NCBI GenBank assembly: GCA_963766175.1
Contig: CAVXZE010000001.1
Location: 257,555 to 321,554, forward strand
Source of the DNA: an uncultured delta proteobacterium
GTDB lineage: Bacteria > Myxococcota_A > UBA9160 > UBA6930
Length of the DNA: 64,000 nt
Reading direction: 5' to 3'
In this document: one piece after another, positions 38,825-47,559 of the stretch
Layout: each line of letters starts with the position of its first letter
How positions within the stretch are numbered: the first letter of the stretch is position 1
Position numbers and translations under genes: made by a program
The notes under the pieces: model-generated
The model's input: only the letters and a program-made list of their open reading frames with translations
Told to the model about the DNA's origin: nothing
Databases searched by the model: none

Positions 38825-39415
38825 TCAACCATCCTTCACCTTCCACTCGAGCATCAAGTCGACGTCGCACATCGACAGAGACCGGACCAGGACTCGGCCG
38901 CTTTTGTTGAAGGCCCGTAGGACGCCTTCGAAGACTCCGATCTCGTGCACGTCGGGAAAATTTCAGACGCCTCGCAGCGCGACGATCGCCCGACCCTCCC
39001 GGAATTCGAGCACCTCGGCTGAGGCCCCCTCCCCGGCGAGGAAATACGCCTTCGGCAGCAAGTGAAGGCCACGCTCGAACTCGGTGCCGAAGGCCATCAC
39101 GACCCTGCCGATATGTGTCTCCATGAAGGCGGGATACTGCAGCTGGCCGAGCCGGCGCACGCCCTCTCTCGGAGCTGCCTCGGGAGACGCGAGCGACGCC
39201 GACTCAGCGGCGACCTCGAGAAACTCCGGCACGGGGTAGTCCCGAAAGGCGAGATACCTCCCACGACCCGGACGCGTGCCAGAGCGCTTCTCTGCAGCGT
39301 CGATCATCGCCTGAAAGAACATGCCCTTGATTCGCACGTGTTGGGGCAGGCGGGCCAGTCGCTCCGGCAGGTCCAGCGGGCCGTCGAATCGAGGCACCTC
39401 GAACTCAGGGCTCAT
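38825..39415 (-). pseudogene. DUF2378/TIGR02265-like protein interrupted by an in-frame TGA
   Basis: ORF 38963-39415 (150 aa, ...FFQAMIDAAEKRSG...YLAFRDYPVPEFLEVAAESA...) ends at a TGA at 38963-38965. The same frame continues for 45 more sensible codons (NFPDVHEIGVFEGVLRAFNKSGRVLVRSLSMCDVDLMLEWKVKDG) to a TGA at 38825. Total 196 codons, the size of the two paralogs. Confidence 0.6.
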
Positions 39416-39526
39416 CGCCGCTTCTCCATCCCTCCCGCTATTCGAGCTGGGGCAGGATCCGCTTTAGCCTCCAGCGAGGGCTTTAACTGGACACGAGGGC
39501 AAGTCCCCATATTCCAGGGAGATGAC

Positions 39527-40826
39527 CTAGCAGGCTGCGGAAAAACCCCGTGCATAGCGTGCAATTCGATGATACGCGGTTGATAGGGGGTAGGGAGATG
39601 CGCGGAACCGATCAACCGCAGTCCACGATGTTCAGCTACGTGTCGCCGGAAGCCCGGATTCCGGACGATCACCCGCTCCGCGCGACGCGGGAGATGGCCA
39701 ATCGGGCTCTCGGGCGTCTGGACCGCAAGTTCCGCAGCCTGTACTCGCGGACGGGGCGTCCGTCGATTCCGCCGGAGCAGCTGCTGCGCGCGCTGCTCCT
39801 GCAGGTGCTCTATTCGGTTCGAAGCGAGCGGCTGCTGATGGAGCAGCTCGAGTACAACCTGCTGTTCCGCTGGTTCGTGGGGCTCGAGATGGATGATCGC
39901 GTCTGGGACGTGACGGTGTTCACGAAGAATCGGGATCGGCTGCTGCGGGGAGAGATCGCGGAGGCGTTCTTTCAGGCGGTGTTGGAGGAGGCGCGAGAGC
40001 ACGGCCTTCTCTCTGACGAGCATTTCACGGTAGACGGCACGTTGATCGAGGCGTGGGCGGGTCACAAGAGCTTTCGGCCCAAGGACGAGGGTAAGGGTGG
40101 CCGCGGTGGCGGACGGAAGGCAACGGAACGGGACTTCCACGGTGAGCGTCGGAAGAACGACACGCACGCTTCGACGACAGACCCGGAGTCCCGGCTGTTC
40201 CGCAAAGGGAAGGGGAAGGAAGCGAAGCTGTGCTTTATGGGCCACGTCGTGACGGAGAACCGGCATGGCTTGGTGGTGGCTGCGCGAACCACGCTGGCGA
40301 CGGGTACCGCAGAGCGTGAGGCTTCGGTGGCGATGATGAAGAGGCTACCGCGAGGCCGTCGATCGACGCTGGGCGGAGACAAGGGCTACGACACCCAGGC
40401 CCAGGTTCGGGATCTTCGAAAGCTGGGTGTCACGCCGCACGTGGCACAGAACGACAAGGGTCGGAGCAGCGCCGTCGACGATCGAACCACGACGCACGTG
40501 GGCTACGAGATCAGCCAGCGGAAGCGCAAGGCGATCGAGCAGGTCTTCGGTTGGGGCAAGACGGTGGGCCCGATCCGCAAGACGAAACATCGGGGCAGGG
40601 ACCGCGTGGGCTGGATGTTCACGTTCACCCAGGCGGCCTACAACCTCGTGCGAATGAGGAACCTGCTATGCCCGACGTAGCCAACCCGCCCGAGTGGAGC
40701 GCGAAACCGATGACGAGCCGGACAACAAGAGCGCACGAAACGCCGATTCCGCGCTCATGTACGAGCGAAAGCCCCTCGAACCCCCGGGTTTCCCTCCCTG
40801 TCCGGCGTTCTTCCGCAGCCTGCTAG
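39527..40826 (+). mobile_element. IS5-family insertion sequence (~1.3 kb)
   Basis: 20-bp terminal inverted repeats ctagcaggctgcggaaaaac (39527-) and gttcttccgcagcctgctag (-40826) match at 19/20. The CTAG-type ends are typical of IS5-group targets. The element carries a single transposase ORF. Confidence 0.8.
39598..40680 (+). CDS. IS5-family DDE transposase
   Basis: 360 aa. The N-terminal region (MFSYVSPEARIPDDHPLR...LLFRWFVGL) and the DDE_Tnp_1 region (HFTVDGTLIEAWA...GGDKGYD...RKAIEQVFGWGK) are typical of IS5/IS1182-type transposases. Confidence 0.9.
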   Translation: MRGTDQPQSTMFSYVSPEARIPDDHPLRATREMANRALGRLDRKFRSLYSRTGRPSIPPEQLLRALLLQVLYSVRSERLLMEQLEYNLLFRWFVGLEMDDRVWDVTVFTKNRDRLLRGEIAEAFFQAVLEEAREHGLLSDEHFTVDGTLIEAWAGHKSFRPKDEGKGGRGGGRKATERDFHGERRKNDTHASTTDPESRLFRKGKGKEAKLCFMGHVVTENRHGLVVAARTTLATGTAEREASVAMMKRLPRGRRSTLGGDKGYDTQAQVRDLRKLGVTPHVAQNDKGRSSAVDDRTTTHVGYEISQRKRKAIEQVFGWGKTVGPIRKTKHRGRDRVGWMFTFTQAAYNLVRMRNLLCPT

Positions 40827-41129
40827 GGCTTTCCCAGGAGCCCCCGACCCCCACAGGCCCGACAGAAGGCCCGGAGGGCGCCAGAGCGCTCCAACTCGGT
40901 CCGGGTGGTGTGAGGGTGGACCAGTCGGGCCGAGAAGATCCCAGGCACCGCCCCCGAGCGTGGGTCTGTGGGCGCAGAATCAGATTCCTGGGCGCTCTCG
41001 ACCCGTTGCGAAGGGGCACCATGCGTGAGGATCACCGGATCCCGAAACCCAACCCGCTAGGGCGCTTCTTCCCCGTGGTGAGCGATCCGGAGGAGGATCT
41101 CTGGAAAGGAGTCGATCGCGGCTGCGCGC

Positions 41130-41714
41130 TCAGCTTCGCTCGTAGCGCCAGTGCGAATCGGAGACCCGGATCAGCCGGTAGGGGGGCAGATACGGATGGA
41201 TGCGCTCCGACGTGTGCTGGATCATCCCCAGGATGACGTCGCCCAGCAGAGGCGGCAGCTCCTGCGCGCCGTTGACGTCCAGGACGATCATATCCTTCGC
41301 TTCCTCGCGAGCACGCAGGTCGCCCACCGTAAACATCGAGCCGAAAATGCTCACGATGAGATTCACGTACTTGAGCAGGTGCTGATTCTGCGCTGCCACA
41401 TCCACGCGGTCCACCACCGCCATCTGAGGATGGAGCCCGCTCTCGGCGAAGCGCTGCGCGACGGTTCGCCCTCGCTTCTGCAGATAGGCGGCGTCTCCCT
41501 GCCCCTCGATCTCGAAGAGAAGCTCGAGCATGCGCCCGTAGGAGGCGAGCGAGTACCAGGCCGTGGGCTCCAGCTCGCTGCGAAGGAGTTCCATGTCCTC
41601 CGGCTGGAGATGGTCTTCCAGAGTGGCAGGACTGATCCCGCCCCGTGACTCCAGGGAGCGCACGTCCCCGACGATCGAGGCCATAGCGGATCCCTTGATC
41701 GCAGCCGATGCCAT
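41130..41714 (-). CDS. Hypothetical protein, distant DUF2378-like paralog (194 aa)
   Basis: Same size, strand and general pattern as 38825-39415 and 45813-46391: a helical N-terminal half and a C-terminal half ending ...SHWRYERS. The family assignment is an inference from a weak resemblance. Confidence 0.5.
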   Translation of the reverse strand: MASAAIKGSAMASIVGDVRSLESRGGISPATLEDHLQPEDMELLRSELEPTAWYSLASYGRMLELLFEIEGQGDAAYLQKRGRTVAQRFAESGLHPQMAVVDRVDVAAQNQHLLKYVNLIVSIFGSMFTVGDLRAREEAKDMIVLDVNGAQELPPLLGDVILGMIQHTSERIHPYLPPYRLIRVSDSHWRYERS

Positions 41715-41877
41715 AGAGACCTCTCTTTTGGGCGCGGGACCCCGCCCGCTCCGTATTCCCCATATCGGGAATGGGGGGAATCCGCTTTAGACTGTGCGGG
41801 AAGAGTCTCAGCCGCGGAATAGGCTCGCGTTCACTCCATGGCGTTGGGGGACCGGTGGATGAGTTCTGAGAACAGAC

Positions 41878-43320
41878 AGGATTCCCGCGAGTTAGAGATG
41901 TCGGGCGGGCCCCGGTTCAGGGATTGGCCGGAGCATCAGCCCGGGCCCTGGCGGTACGGATCTGGCGCTTCTCGCGAAGGGTGACCTTCGGGCTGGAGAG
42001 GCGCTGTTAGTCCCGCTCTCGCTGATCGGCCTGGATCTTGGCCAGGACGGCTCCTAGGCGCTTGTTGGACACGATGTCGGCCTGCGTCACACGCCGGAGC
42101 TTGTGGAAAGCCCGGAACGGGAGACTCCGGCCCTCGCGTCGGATTTCGACGCGGCCACCTGCGTCCGCGTACACCCGGCACATGCGGCCCCGAAGGCGTA
42201 GGGTCTCCGGGCTGGGGTCGATCAAGTATACGCCGCCCCGGTAGTGAAGGGTCAGCTCTTTGGAGATCTTCCGATCTTCCTGCAAGGTGAAGATCCGCGC
42301 GAGGTCCTCGTCGTCGCGAACCGGGCGGTGGACGTCGTGATCGCTCAAGGGCTCTCTGCCGAATCGCTCGTTGTAGGCCGCCATGAACTCCGGCGCGTAG
42401 GCATTGGCTGCCTCCGTCGTAGAGATGCTCTGGAGACGGAGCTCCTTCACGAGTCGATCCTGCAGCGTGAGGTGCGCACGCTCGACACGCCCCTTTGCCT
42501 GCGGCGTGCTGGCGCAGATGATGTCGATGTTCAGTTCCGACAAGGCTCGACTGAACTGCGTCATCCCCACTGTCTTGCGTGGCTCGGTGGCGTTGATCCG
42601 AAAGATGCTGGCTTGGTCGCTGTAGAACGCGACGGGCTTGCCATGGCGTTCGAGGTACGTCCTCGTCGCCGCGAAGTAGCTGAACGTCGACTCCGAAGGG
42701 ACGAATCGAAGTTCCATCAGGCGACTCGTCGCATCATCCACGTAGACGAGGAGCGTGCACCGTGGGGCTCGGTCCTCGAACCACTCGTGATCGCAGCCAT
42801 CGATCTGGATCAGCTCCCCCAGGCAGGAACGACGGCGGCGAGGTTGGTGAATGCGTTGCCGCTGAGAACGGGGCACCCAAAGCTTGGCCTCGATCATCCA
42901 GCGCCGGAGGGTCTCGACCGACACCGCGACGCCGTGAACCGCTCGGAGCTTCTCGGCCGCGAGCGTCGGTCCGAAGTCGCTGTAACGCGACACGATCAAG
43001 TCCAGAGCGCGACGCCGCAGATCGTCAGGCAACTTCCGGTTGCTGGTCCGCCCACGCTTCCTCGAGACCAATCCCCGAGGACCTTCGATGCGGAGCCTCC
43101 TGCACAGGCGTTCGACCTGGCGGATCCCCAGGCCCAGTTGCTCGGCCGCCTGCGTTTGAGTCAGCCGGCGATCCAGGACGCGACCCAGAACCTCCAGCCG
43201 GTTCAGCTCCCTGCCACTGATCGTCAGGTACCCCGGGTCGTCCATGTCGGCCTCCCAGCACGACACGGTGCCCGAGACCCGACATTTCTAATGGGGAGAA
43301 ACTCGACATTTGCACTTTGG
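41878..43320 (-). mobile_element. Insertion sequence with a single HTH-rve transposase (ISNCY/IS1202-like architecture; family tentative)
   Basis: The termini carry duplicated AATGTCG(G/A)G motifs in inverted orientation: 41892 ttagagatgtcggg, and 43279-43319 cccgacatttctaa...ctcgacatttgcactttgg. Confidence 0.65.
42007..43266 (-). CDS. DDE (rve/integrase-core) transposase with N-terminal HTH
   Basis: 419 aa. HTH (TQTQAAEQLGLGIRQVERL) and rve core LIQIDGCDHEWFEDRAPRCTLLVYVDDATSR...FYSDQASIF...AKGRVERAH. Confidence 0.88.
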   Translation of the reverse strand: MSCWEADMDDPGYLTISGRELNRLEVLGRVLDRRLTQTQAAEQLGLGIRQVERLCRRLRIEGPRGLVSRKRGRTSNRKLPDDLRRRALDLIVSRYSDFGPTLAAEKLRAVHGVAVSVETLRRWMIEAKLWVPRSQRQRIHQPRRRRSCLGELIQIDGCDHEWFEDRAPRCTLLVYVDDATSRLMELRFVPSESTFSYFAATRTYLERHGKPVAFYSDQASIFRINATEPRKTVGMTQFSRALSELNIDIICASTPQAKGRVERAHLTLQDRLVKELRLQSISTTEAANAYAPEFMAAYNERFGREPLSDHDVHRPVRDDEDLARIFTLQEDRKISKELTLHYRGGVYLIDPSPETLRLRGRMCRVYADAGGRVEIRREGRSLPFRAFHKLRRVTQADIVSNKRLGAVLAKIQADQRERD

Positions 43321-43349
43321 GCTTACCCGGTCATCGATCTTGCCGCCGC

Positions 43350-43526
43350 CCGGTTCGCCTCCATTCGCTTCTCGTGCGCCCCCACTCGCGCGGCGGCGAG
43401 ATTGATGACCACCGTGTCCCCGTTGCCGAAGTAACACTCGACGGGCGTCTGACCGTTGGAGGCCGCATGGACACGGACAAAACCACGACCTCACGGACCA
43501 CCGCGCCAGCCCTCGACCCTACCAGC
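43350..43526 (-). pseudogene. Decayed 3' fragment of an IS3/IS481-like transposase gene
   Basis: The reverse strand reads ...HAASNGQTPVECYFGNGDTVVINLAAARVGAHEKRMEANR. This parallels ...HAAFNGQTPDEMYFGHGDAVVIDLSAARVRVRQERMKANR of the intact copy at 44816-45793. Confidence 0.6.
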
Positions 43527-43582
43527 TCTACATGAACGGGAGACACCTTCTGGCTGGCACGCTCCTTGCTGTGAACGATCGA

Positions 43583-43996
43583 TCAACAAGCGGCGGTATT
43601 GCCCTCTCGTGGTCGAACCTGCGCCAGAAGCGCCTCGAGTATGGACGCGAGTTGGCCGGGCGCTGCGCCCTTCTCGACGGCGCCGAGGGCTCCCGTCTCC
43701 TCGACCAGTCGCTCGAGTTCGGCCCGCTCCAACCCAGAGTAGAAGATGAACGCGGTGGGCTGTGCGCCGCGTGCAAGGTCTTGAACTCGAAGCACCTTCA
43801 GAAGCTCGTGACCGGAGATCCCCGGCATCTTGACGTCCAACACAACCACGTCGGGGCATTCGCGGAGTACCGCGACCGCGGTTCCCAGTGCTGTCGCCCG
43901 CGCAAGTACTTCGTGGCCTTGGCTCTCGAGGATCGCGCTGGCGATCTCTAGCGCCACCGGGTCATCGTCAACGACCATTACCTTCAACCGGGCCAT
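43583..43996 (-). CDS. Single-domain response regulator (CheY-like receiver)
   Basis: MARLKVMVVDDDPVALE...DVVVLDVKMPGISG...FIFYSG...VEKG. The acidic pocket, phospho-acceptor Asp, Ser/Thr and Lys are all in place. Confidence 0.85.
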   Translation of the reverse strand: MARLKVMVVDDDPVALEIASAILESQGHEVLARATALGTAVAVLRECPDVVVLDVKMPGISGHELLKVLRVQDLARGAQPTAFIFYSGLERAELERLVEETGALGAVEKGAAPGQLASILEALLAQVRPREGNTAAC

Positions 43997-44093
43997 GCGT
44001 GTCCCCAAGGGTGCCCTGCTTATCGGCAGGCCGGGGTCGGCTGTGAAGTGTCTCCCTGTCCGTCCCAAGAACCCTGCCGGCGCCTCTGGGCGC

Positions 44094-44363
44094 TCCCTTC
44101 GGTCCCACGGATGCCCTGCTCGGCACTGTCACGAGCTCCGGGGTCAACGCCGAGGGCAATCCGCTCAAGTGGACCGATACCACCGCGGCCAGCACTCTCG
44201 TGAACGTCACGGAGAGTCCCACCCGCGGCGATACCGAGGGCTGGGAGATCTACAACTTCACCGCGGACGCCCACCCGATCCATCTGCACCTGGCTGCGCT
44301 TGGAGGTGATCGGCCGGACCCTCTTCGACAGGAGTCCGAGTCCGAACGGGAACCCCCAGCCCT
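44094..44363 (+). pseudogene. Multicopper oxidase (CotA/bilirubin-oxidase-like) C-terminal fragment, frameshifted and truncated by IS insertion
   Basis: PFGPTDALLGTVTSSGVNAEGNP / (frame change) PLKWTDTTAASTLVNVTESPTRGDTEGWEIYNFTADAHPIHLHL / (frame change) RLEVIGRTLFD. The fragment ends at the IS terminus at 44364. Confidence 0.6.
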
Positions 44364-44421
44364 GCTGCGTTTCAGGACATTCTGAAGTGGAGGCGTTGCA
44401 GTTGCGACGCCCCTGAATTCA

Positions 44422-44814
44422 TTGAGCTTTTCTGTGGAGTGCCGCGGCTGTTGGGCCTGCCGATACGGGGGTAATGACGACCCTCCGCACTCGACGCTCC
44501 TACGACCACACCGCATTCGAGAAATGATCTGCGAGACCGGCGATCCAGACCTGTTCCCCGAGCTGAAGATCCCTCGGTCCACGATTCGAAACTGGTTTCA
44601 CTGGGGTATTCCTGACGTCGTCACGTGTGATCTGCTGTCAGTTGAAAACGCCGAGCTTCTGGCCGAAATACAGAAACTGCGTCATCGAGCGGCTGTGCTC
44701 GGAGCGATCGTCGGCCTGTTGATTGCAACGCTTCGCGTATCGGCGCGCCAACTGGACCGCGAGAGGCTTCCCGAAGGCAACGGGAAACGAGCACTGCTTC
44801 GGGCGAGCGAGTAG
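44422..44814 (+). CDS. IS orfA (small HTH/leucine-zipper-like protein)
   Basis: 130-aa ORF with an uncertain start; ATG at 44524 gives MICETGDPDL.... The coiled-coil-like AELLAEIQKLRHRAAVLGAIVGLL is typical of IS3-type OrfA. A TAG stop lies 1 nt before the orfB ATG. Confidence 0.55.
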   Translation: MSFSVECRGCWACRYGGNDDPPHSTLLRPHRIREMICETGDPDLFPELKIPRSTIRNWFHWGIPDVVTCDLLSVENAELLAEIQKLRHRAAVLGAIVGLLIATLRVSARQLDRERLPEGNGKRALLRASE

Positions 44815-44815
44815 G

Positions 44816-45793
44816 ATGCTACCGCTACGTGTGGCACTGCGGATCGCGCGGCTGTCGCCGTCTCGCTACCACGGCTGGCGACGCGCCGAGATCCGGTGCG
44901 AGCTTGACGATCGATCCAGCTGTCCGCGAAGCAAGCCGACACGACTGACAGCCGCTGAGGTGCGATCCGTGAAGCAAATGGTCGAGAGCGATGACCATCG
45001 CCACTTCTCGCTCCGAGGACTCGCACTCCGCGCGCAACGTATCGGAAGAGTGGTCGCGTCGCCGTCGCCGTGGTCTCGGCTGGCGCGAGAGGGCGGGTGG
45101 CGAAGGCCGCGCCGCCGTCTGTATCCAGCCAAGCCCAAGGTGGGCATCCGTGCCGAGGCCCCGAACGAGCTGTGGCACATTGACGTCACCATCATCAAGT
45201 TGCTCGATGGCACCAGGGTCTACCTCCACGCGGTGATCGACAGCTTCTCGCGGCGGATCCTGGCGTGGACCCTAGAGGAGCGGCTGGGGGCCGGTGGGAC
45301 ATGCCGGATTCTCTTGGAGGCCGGTCGTCGCCTGGGCACGCGTCCGGTCGAGACCACCGTGATGGCTGACTCGGGTACGGAGAATGTGAACGGGAATGTC
45401 AACGATCTGCTCGACCGCGAGGGGTTGAGGCGTGTCCTGGCACAGGTGGAAGGGAGCTTCTCCAACTCCATGATCGAGGCCTTCTGGCGATCCTTGAGGC
45501 ACGCATGGTTGTATCTGCACAACCTGGACGATACGGCAACGCTACGGCGCCTCATCGCGTTCTACGTGAGAGCGCACAATGAGACGATTCCCCATGCGGC
45601 ATTCAATGGTCAGACGCCTGATGAGATGTACTTCGGCCATGGGGACGCGGTGGTCATCGATCTTTCCGCCGCGCGTGTGAGGGTGCGCCAGGAGCGAATG
45701 AAGGCGAACCGGATGGCGACCTGCGGAGTCTGCGCAGGAGGGCATGATTTCGGTGCGTCGCAATTGCATCGGGCGGAGTGCAGAATGCCCTGA
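44816..45793 (+). CDS. IS orfB, DDE (rve) transposase
   Basis: DDE triad context LWHIDVT, MADSGTENV and NSMIEAFWRSL. ATG at 44816 lies inside ORF 44723-45793. Confidence 0.85.
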   Translation: MLPLRVALRIARLSPSRYHGWRRAEIRCELDDRSSCPRSKPTRLTAAEVRSVKQMVESDDHRHFSLRGLALRAQRIGRVVASPSPWSRLAREGGWRRPRRRLYPAKPKVGIRAEAPNELWHIDVTIIKLLDGTRVYLHAVIDSFSRRILAWTLEERLGAGGTCRILLEAGRRLGTRPVETTVMADSGTENVNGNVNDLLDREGLRRVLAQVEGSFSNSMIEAFWRSLRHAWLYLHNLDDTATLRRLIAFYVRAHNETIPHAAFNGQTPDEMYFGHGDAVVIDLSAARVRVRQERMKANRMATCGVCAGGHDFGASQLHRAECRMP

Positions 45794-45812
45794 GATGCAG
45801 CAGCGCGAGAAA

Positions 45813-46391
45813 CTAGGAAGTATCCCACGTGAACCGGAAATCGATCACATCACCCCGGACCTGCGGGACGATACGCCCCCTCGTGCCGGCCAGATCGAAG
45901 AGGGGGTAGAACGAGGCGGCGACGGCGCGCGGATAGATGGGACTTTCAAATGCGGATCGCGGTGCGCCCTCCCACTGCAGGCAGCCCGAGGCCTCTCCTT
46001 CGGTGGACCACTCCAGCTTGCCTGCGTCACGGGTCACCGCCTTCCACGCGGTGGGGAGCCAGCGGGCGAGCCGGTCGGGCGAGCGACCCAGGACCGCGAG
46101 GCCGCCGCTGATGATGGGTCGGAAGAACGGCTCATCAAATGTGGATGCGAGCGAGCGGCGCGCCAGCTTGATCACCCCCTCCTCAGAACCCGCCGCCCGG
46201 AAGAGCGCTTCGGCGGCCTCCACCACGTAGGCCCACTGCAGCCATTCGAGTCGGCCAGACGAGCGAATGGCCTGAAGCGTCGCCTCGGACATCAGCCTCA
46301 GAGCGCGCGAACCGAGCTCCGGATCTGCCTCGAGGAAACGCAGGTTGGCCTTGCAGTATGCAGCCAGAATCGCGGCGGAGGAGTCTTTCAT
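45813..46391 (-). CDS. Hypothetical protein, distant DUF2378-like paralog (192 aa)
   Basis: The size and C-terminal pattern (...VIDFRFTWDTS) parallel the other two island paralogs. It lies directly between two IS elements. Confidence 0.5.
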   Translation of the reverse strand: MKDSSAAILAAYCKANLRFLEADPELGSRALRLMSEATLQAIRSSGRLEWLQWAYVVEAAEALFRAAGSEEGVIKLARRSLASTFDEPFFRPIISGGLAVLGRSPDRLARWLPTAWKAVTRDAGKLEWSTEGEASGCLQWEGAPRSAFESPIYPRAVAASFYPLFDLAGTRGRIVPQVRGDVIDFRFTWDTS

Positions 46392-46450
46392 CGGAGCTCC
46401 CGCTCAGTGTCGCCTTGATCGGCAGATCCGGCCGGCTGCTTGACATCGAG

Positions 46451-47559
46451 CTAGAGAGTTTCGCGTAATACAGTGACATTCAAGGCAAGGAAAGACCGCT
46501 CTTGTGGAGGAAGCCGAGCAGGAGCGATCGCCGGCGGTTGAGTCGCCGGCGGGCGAGACGGAGGGTGCGGCGGAGCGGTCTGTGGCCTTCGGGGCAGAAG
46601 TTGCCGGCAACGGTTCGCTTGTACCAGGACCAGGCCCCTTCGACCGGATTGAGGTCAGGGGCGTAGGCCAGCAGCCGGATGAGCGTGAGCCAGTGCGTTT
46701 CTTGTGCGACGAACCGGCGGGTGGCGATGCTTCGGTGAGGGTTGACACCATCCCAGATCACGATGACGGGTCCGGGCAGGTGCTGGTGAAGCTGCTTGAG
46801 GAACTGGATGACGTGCTCGGAGCGAACGGCCCCGGGGACCAGGCGGAGGAAGAAGCGGGCTCGACGACCGTGAGGGGAGTAGGCCGTTCCTCCAATCGCC
46901 GAGAGGTGCTTCCAGTGGCCGAAGCGATGTTCTAGGACCGGGGTTTGTCCCCGCGGCGCCCACGTGCACTGGACCGAGGGCCGCTCCGAGAATCCGCTCT
47001 CGTCGACGAAGACGATCGTTGCGCCTTGGCGTGCGGCGTTTTTTTGCCGCCGGCCAAGTCGTCTTGACCCAGCGTTCGATCGCCGCCTCGTCGCGCTCAC
47101 GTGCCCGCGTCGTGGGCTTCTGCCGCGACCACCCCAGCTTGCGGAGCACGCGCCACACGTGGCCCGGGTGGTAGCGAACCCCCGCGAGTTGTTCGATGAT
47201 CTCCGCCACCCGAGAAAGCGTCCAGTATTCGGTGGGGTAGCCCGATCCGCGAGGGCCCCCGAGCAACACCTCCTCGACCTGCTGGAGCTGCTCTTCCGAA
47301 AGCCGAGGCTTCCGCCCAGCCCGCCCGGCCCCTCGCAAGCCTTCCGGGCCCTGCTGCTCCCATGCCTGGGCCCACCGCATCGCGGTCGTGCGGCTTACCT
47401 CCAGGCGCCGCGCCACCGACGACTGCGTCTCGCCTTGCTCGAACAATCGCACCGCTCGCATGCGGCGCCGCTCAAGACCCTCGAAGTCGCGACGTGCCAT
47501 TCCCTGTCCCCCCGCGCAGGAGTGTAGCGAATGTCACTGTATTACGCGAGATTCTCTAG
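46451..47559 (-). mobile_element. IS630-family (Tc1/mariner-type) insertion sequence (~1.1 kb)
   Basis: ~30-bp inverted repeats ctagagagtttcgcgtaatacagtgacatt (46451-) and aatgtcactgtattacgcgagattctctag (-47559) with 2 mismatches, flanked by TA dinucleotides. Confidence 0.82.
46480..47500 (-). CDS. IS630-family transposase, two frames joined at an A7 run
   Basis: The HTH part (MARRDFEGLERRRMRAVRLFEQGETQSSVARRLEVSRTTAMRW...) and the DDE part (IVFVDESGFS...VIWDGVNPHRS...YAPDLNPVE) are in frames offset by +1. They overlap at the T7 run 47039-47045, which is A7 on the coding strand. Confidence 0.8.

Larger units (their letters stand above)
44364..45801 (+). mobile_element. IS3/IS481-like insertion sequence (two ORFs, ~1.44 kb)
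   Basis: The terminal inverted repeats are gctgcgtttcaggacattctg (44364-) and the reverse complement of cagaatgccctgagatgcagc (-45801). Confidence 0.7.

Noticed and set aside
38963-38965. Reading the in-frame TGA of the DUF2378-like gene as selenocysteine
   Set aside because: I could see no SECIS-like hairpin immediately downstream. There are no sel genes in the window and no redox-type Cys/Sec context. A nonsense mutation is the simpler explanation.
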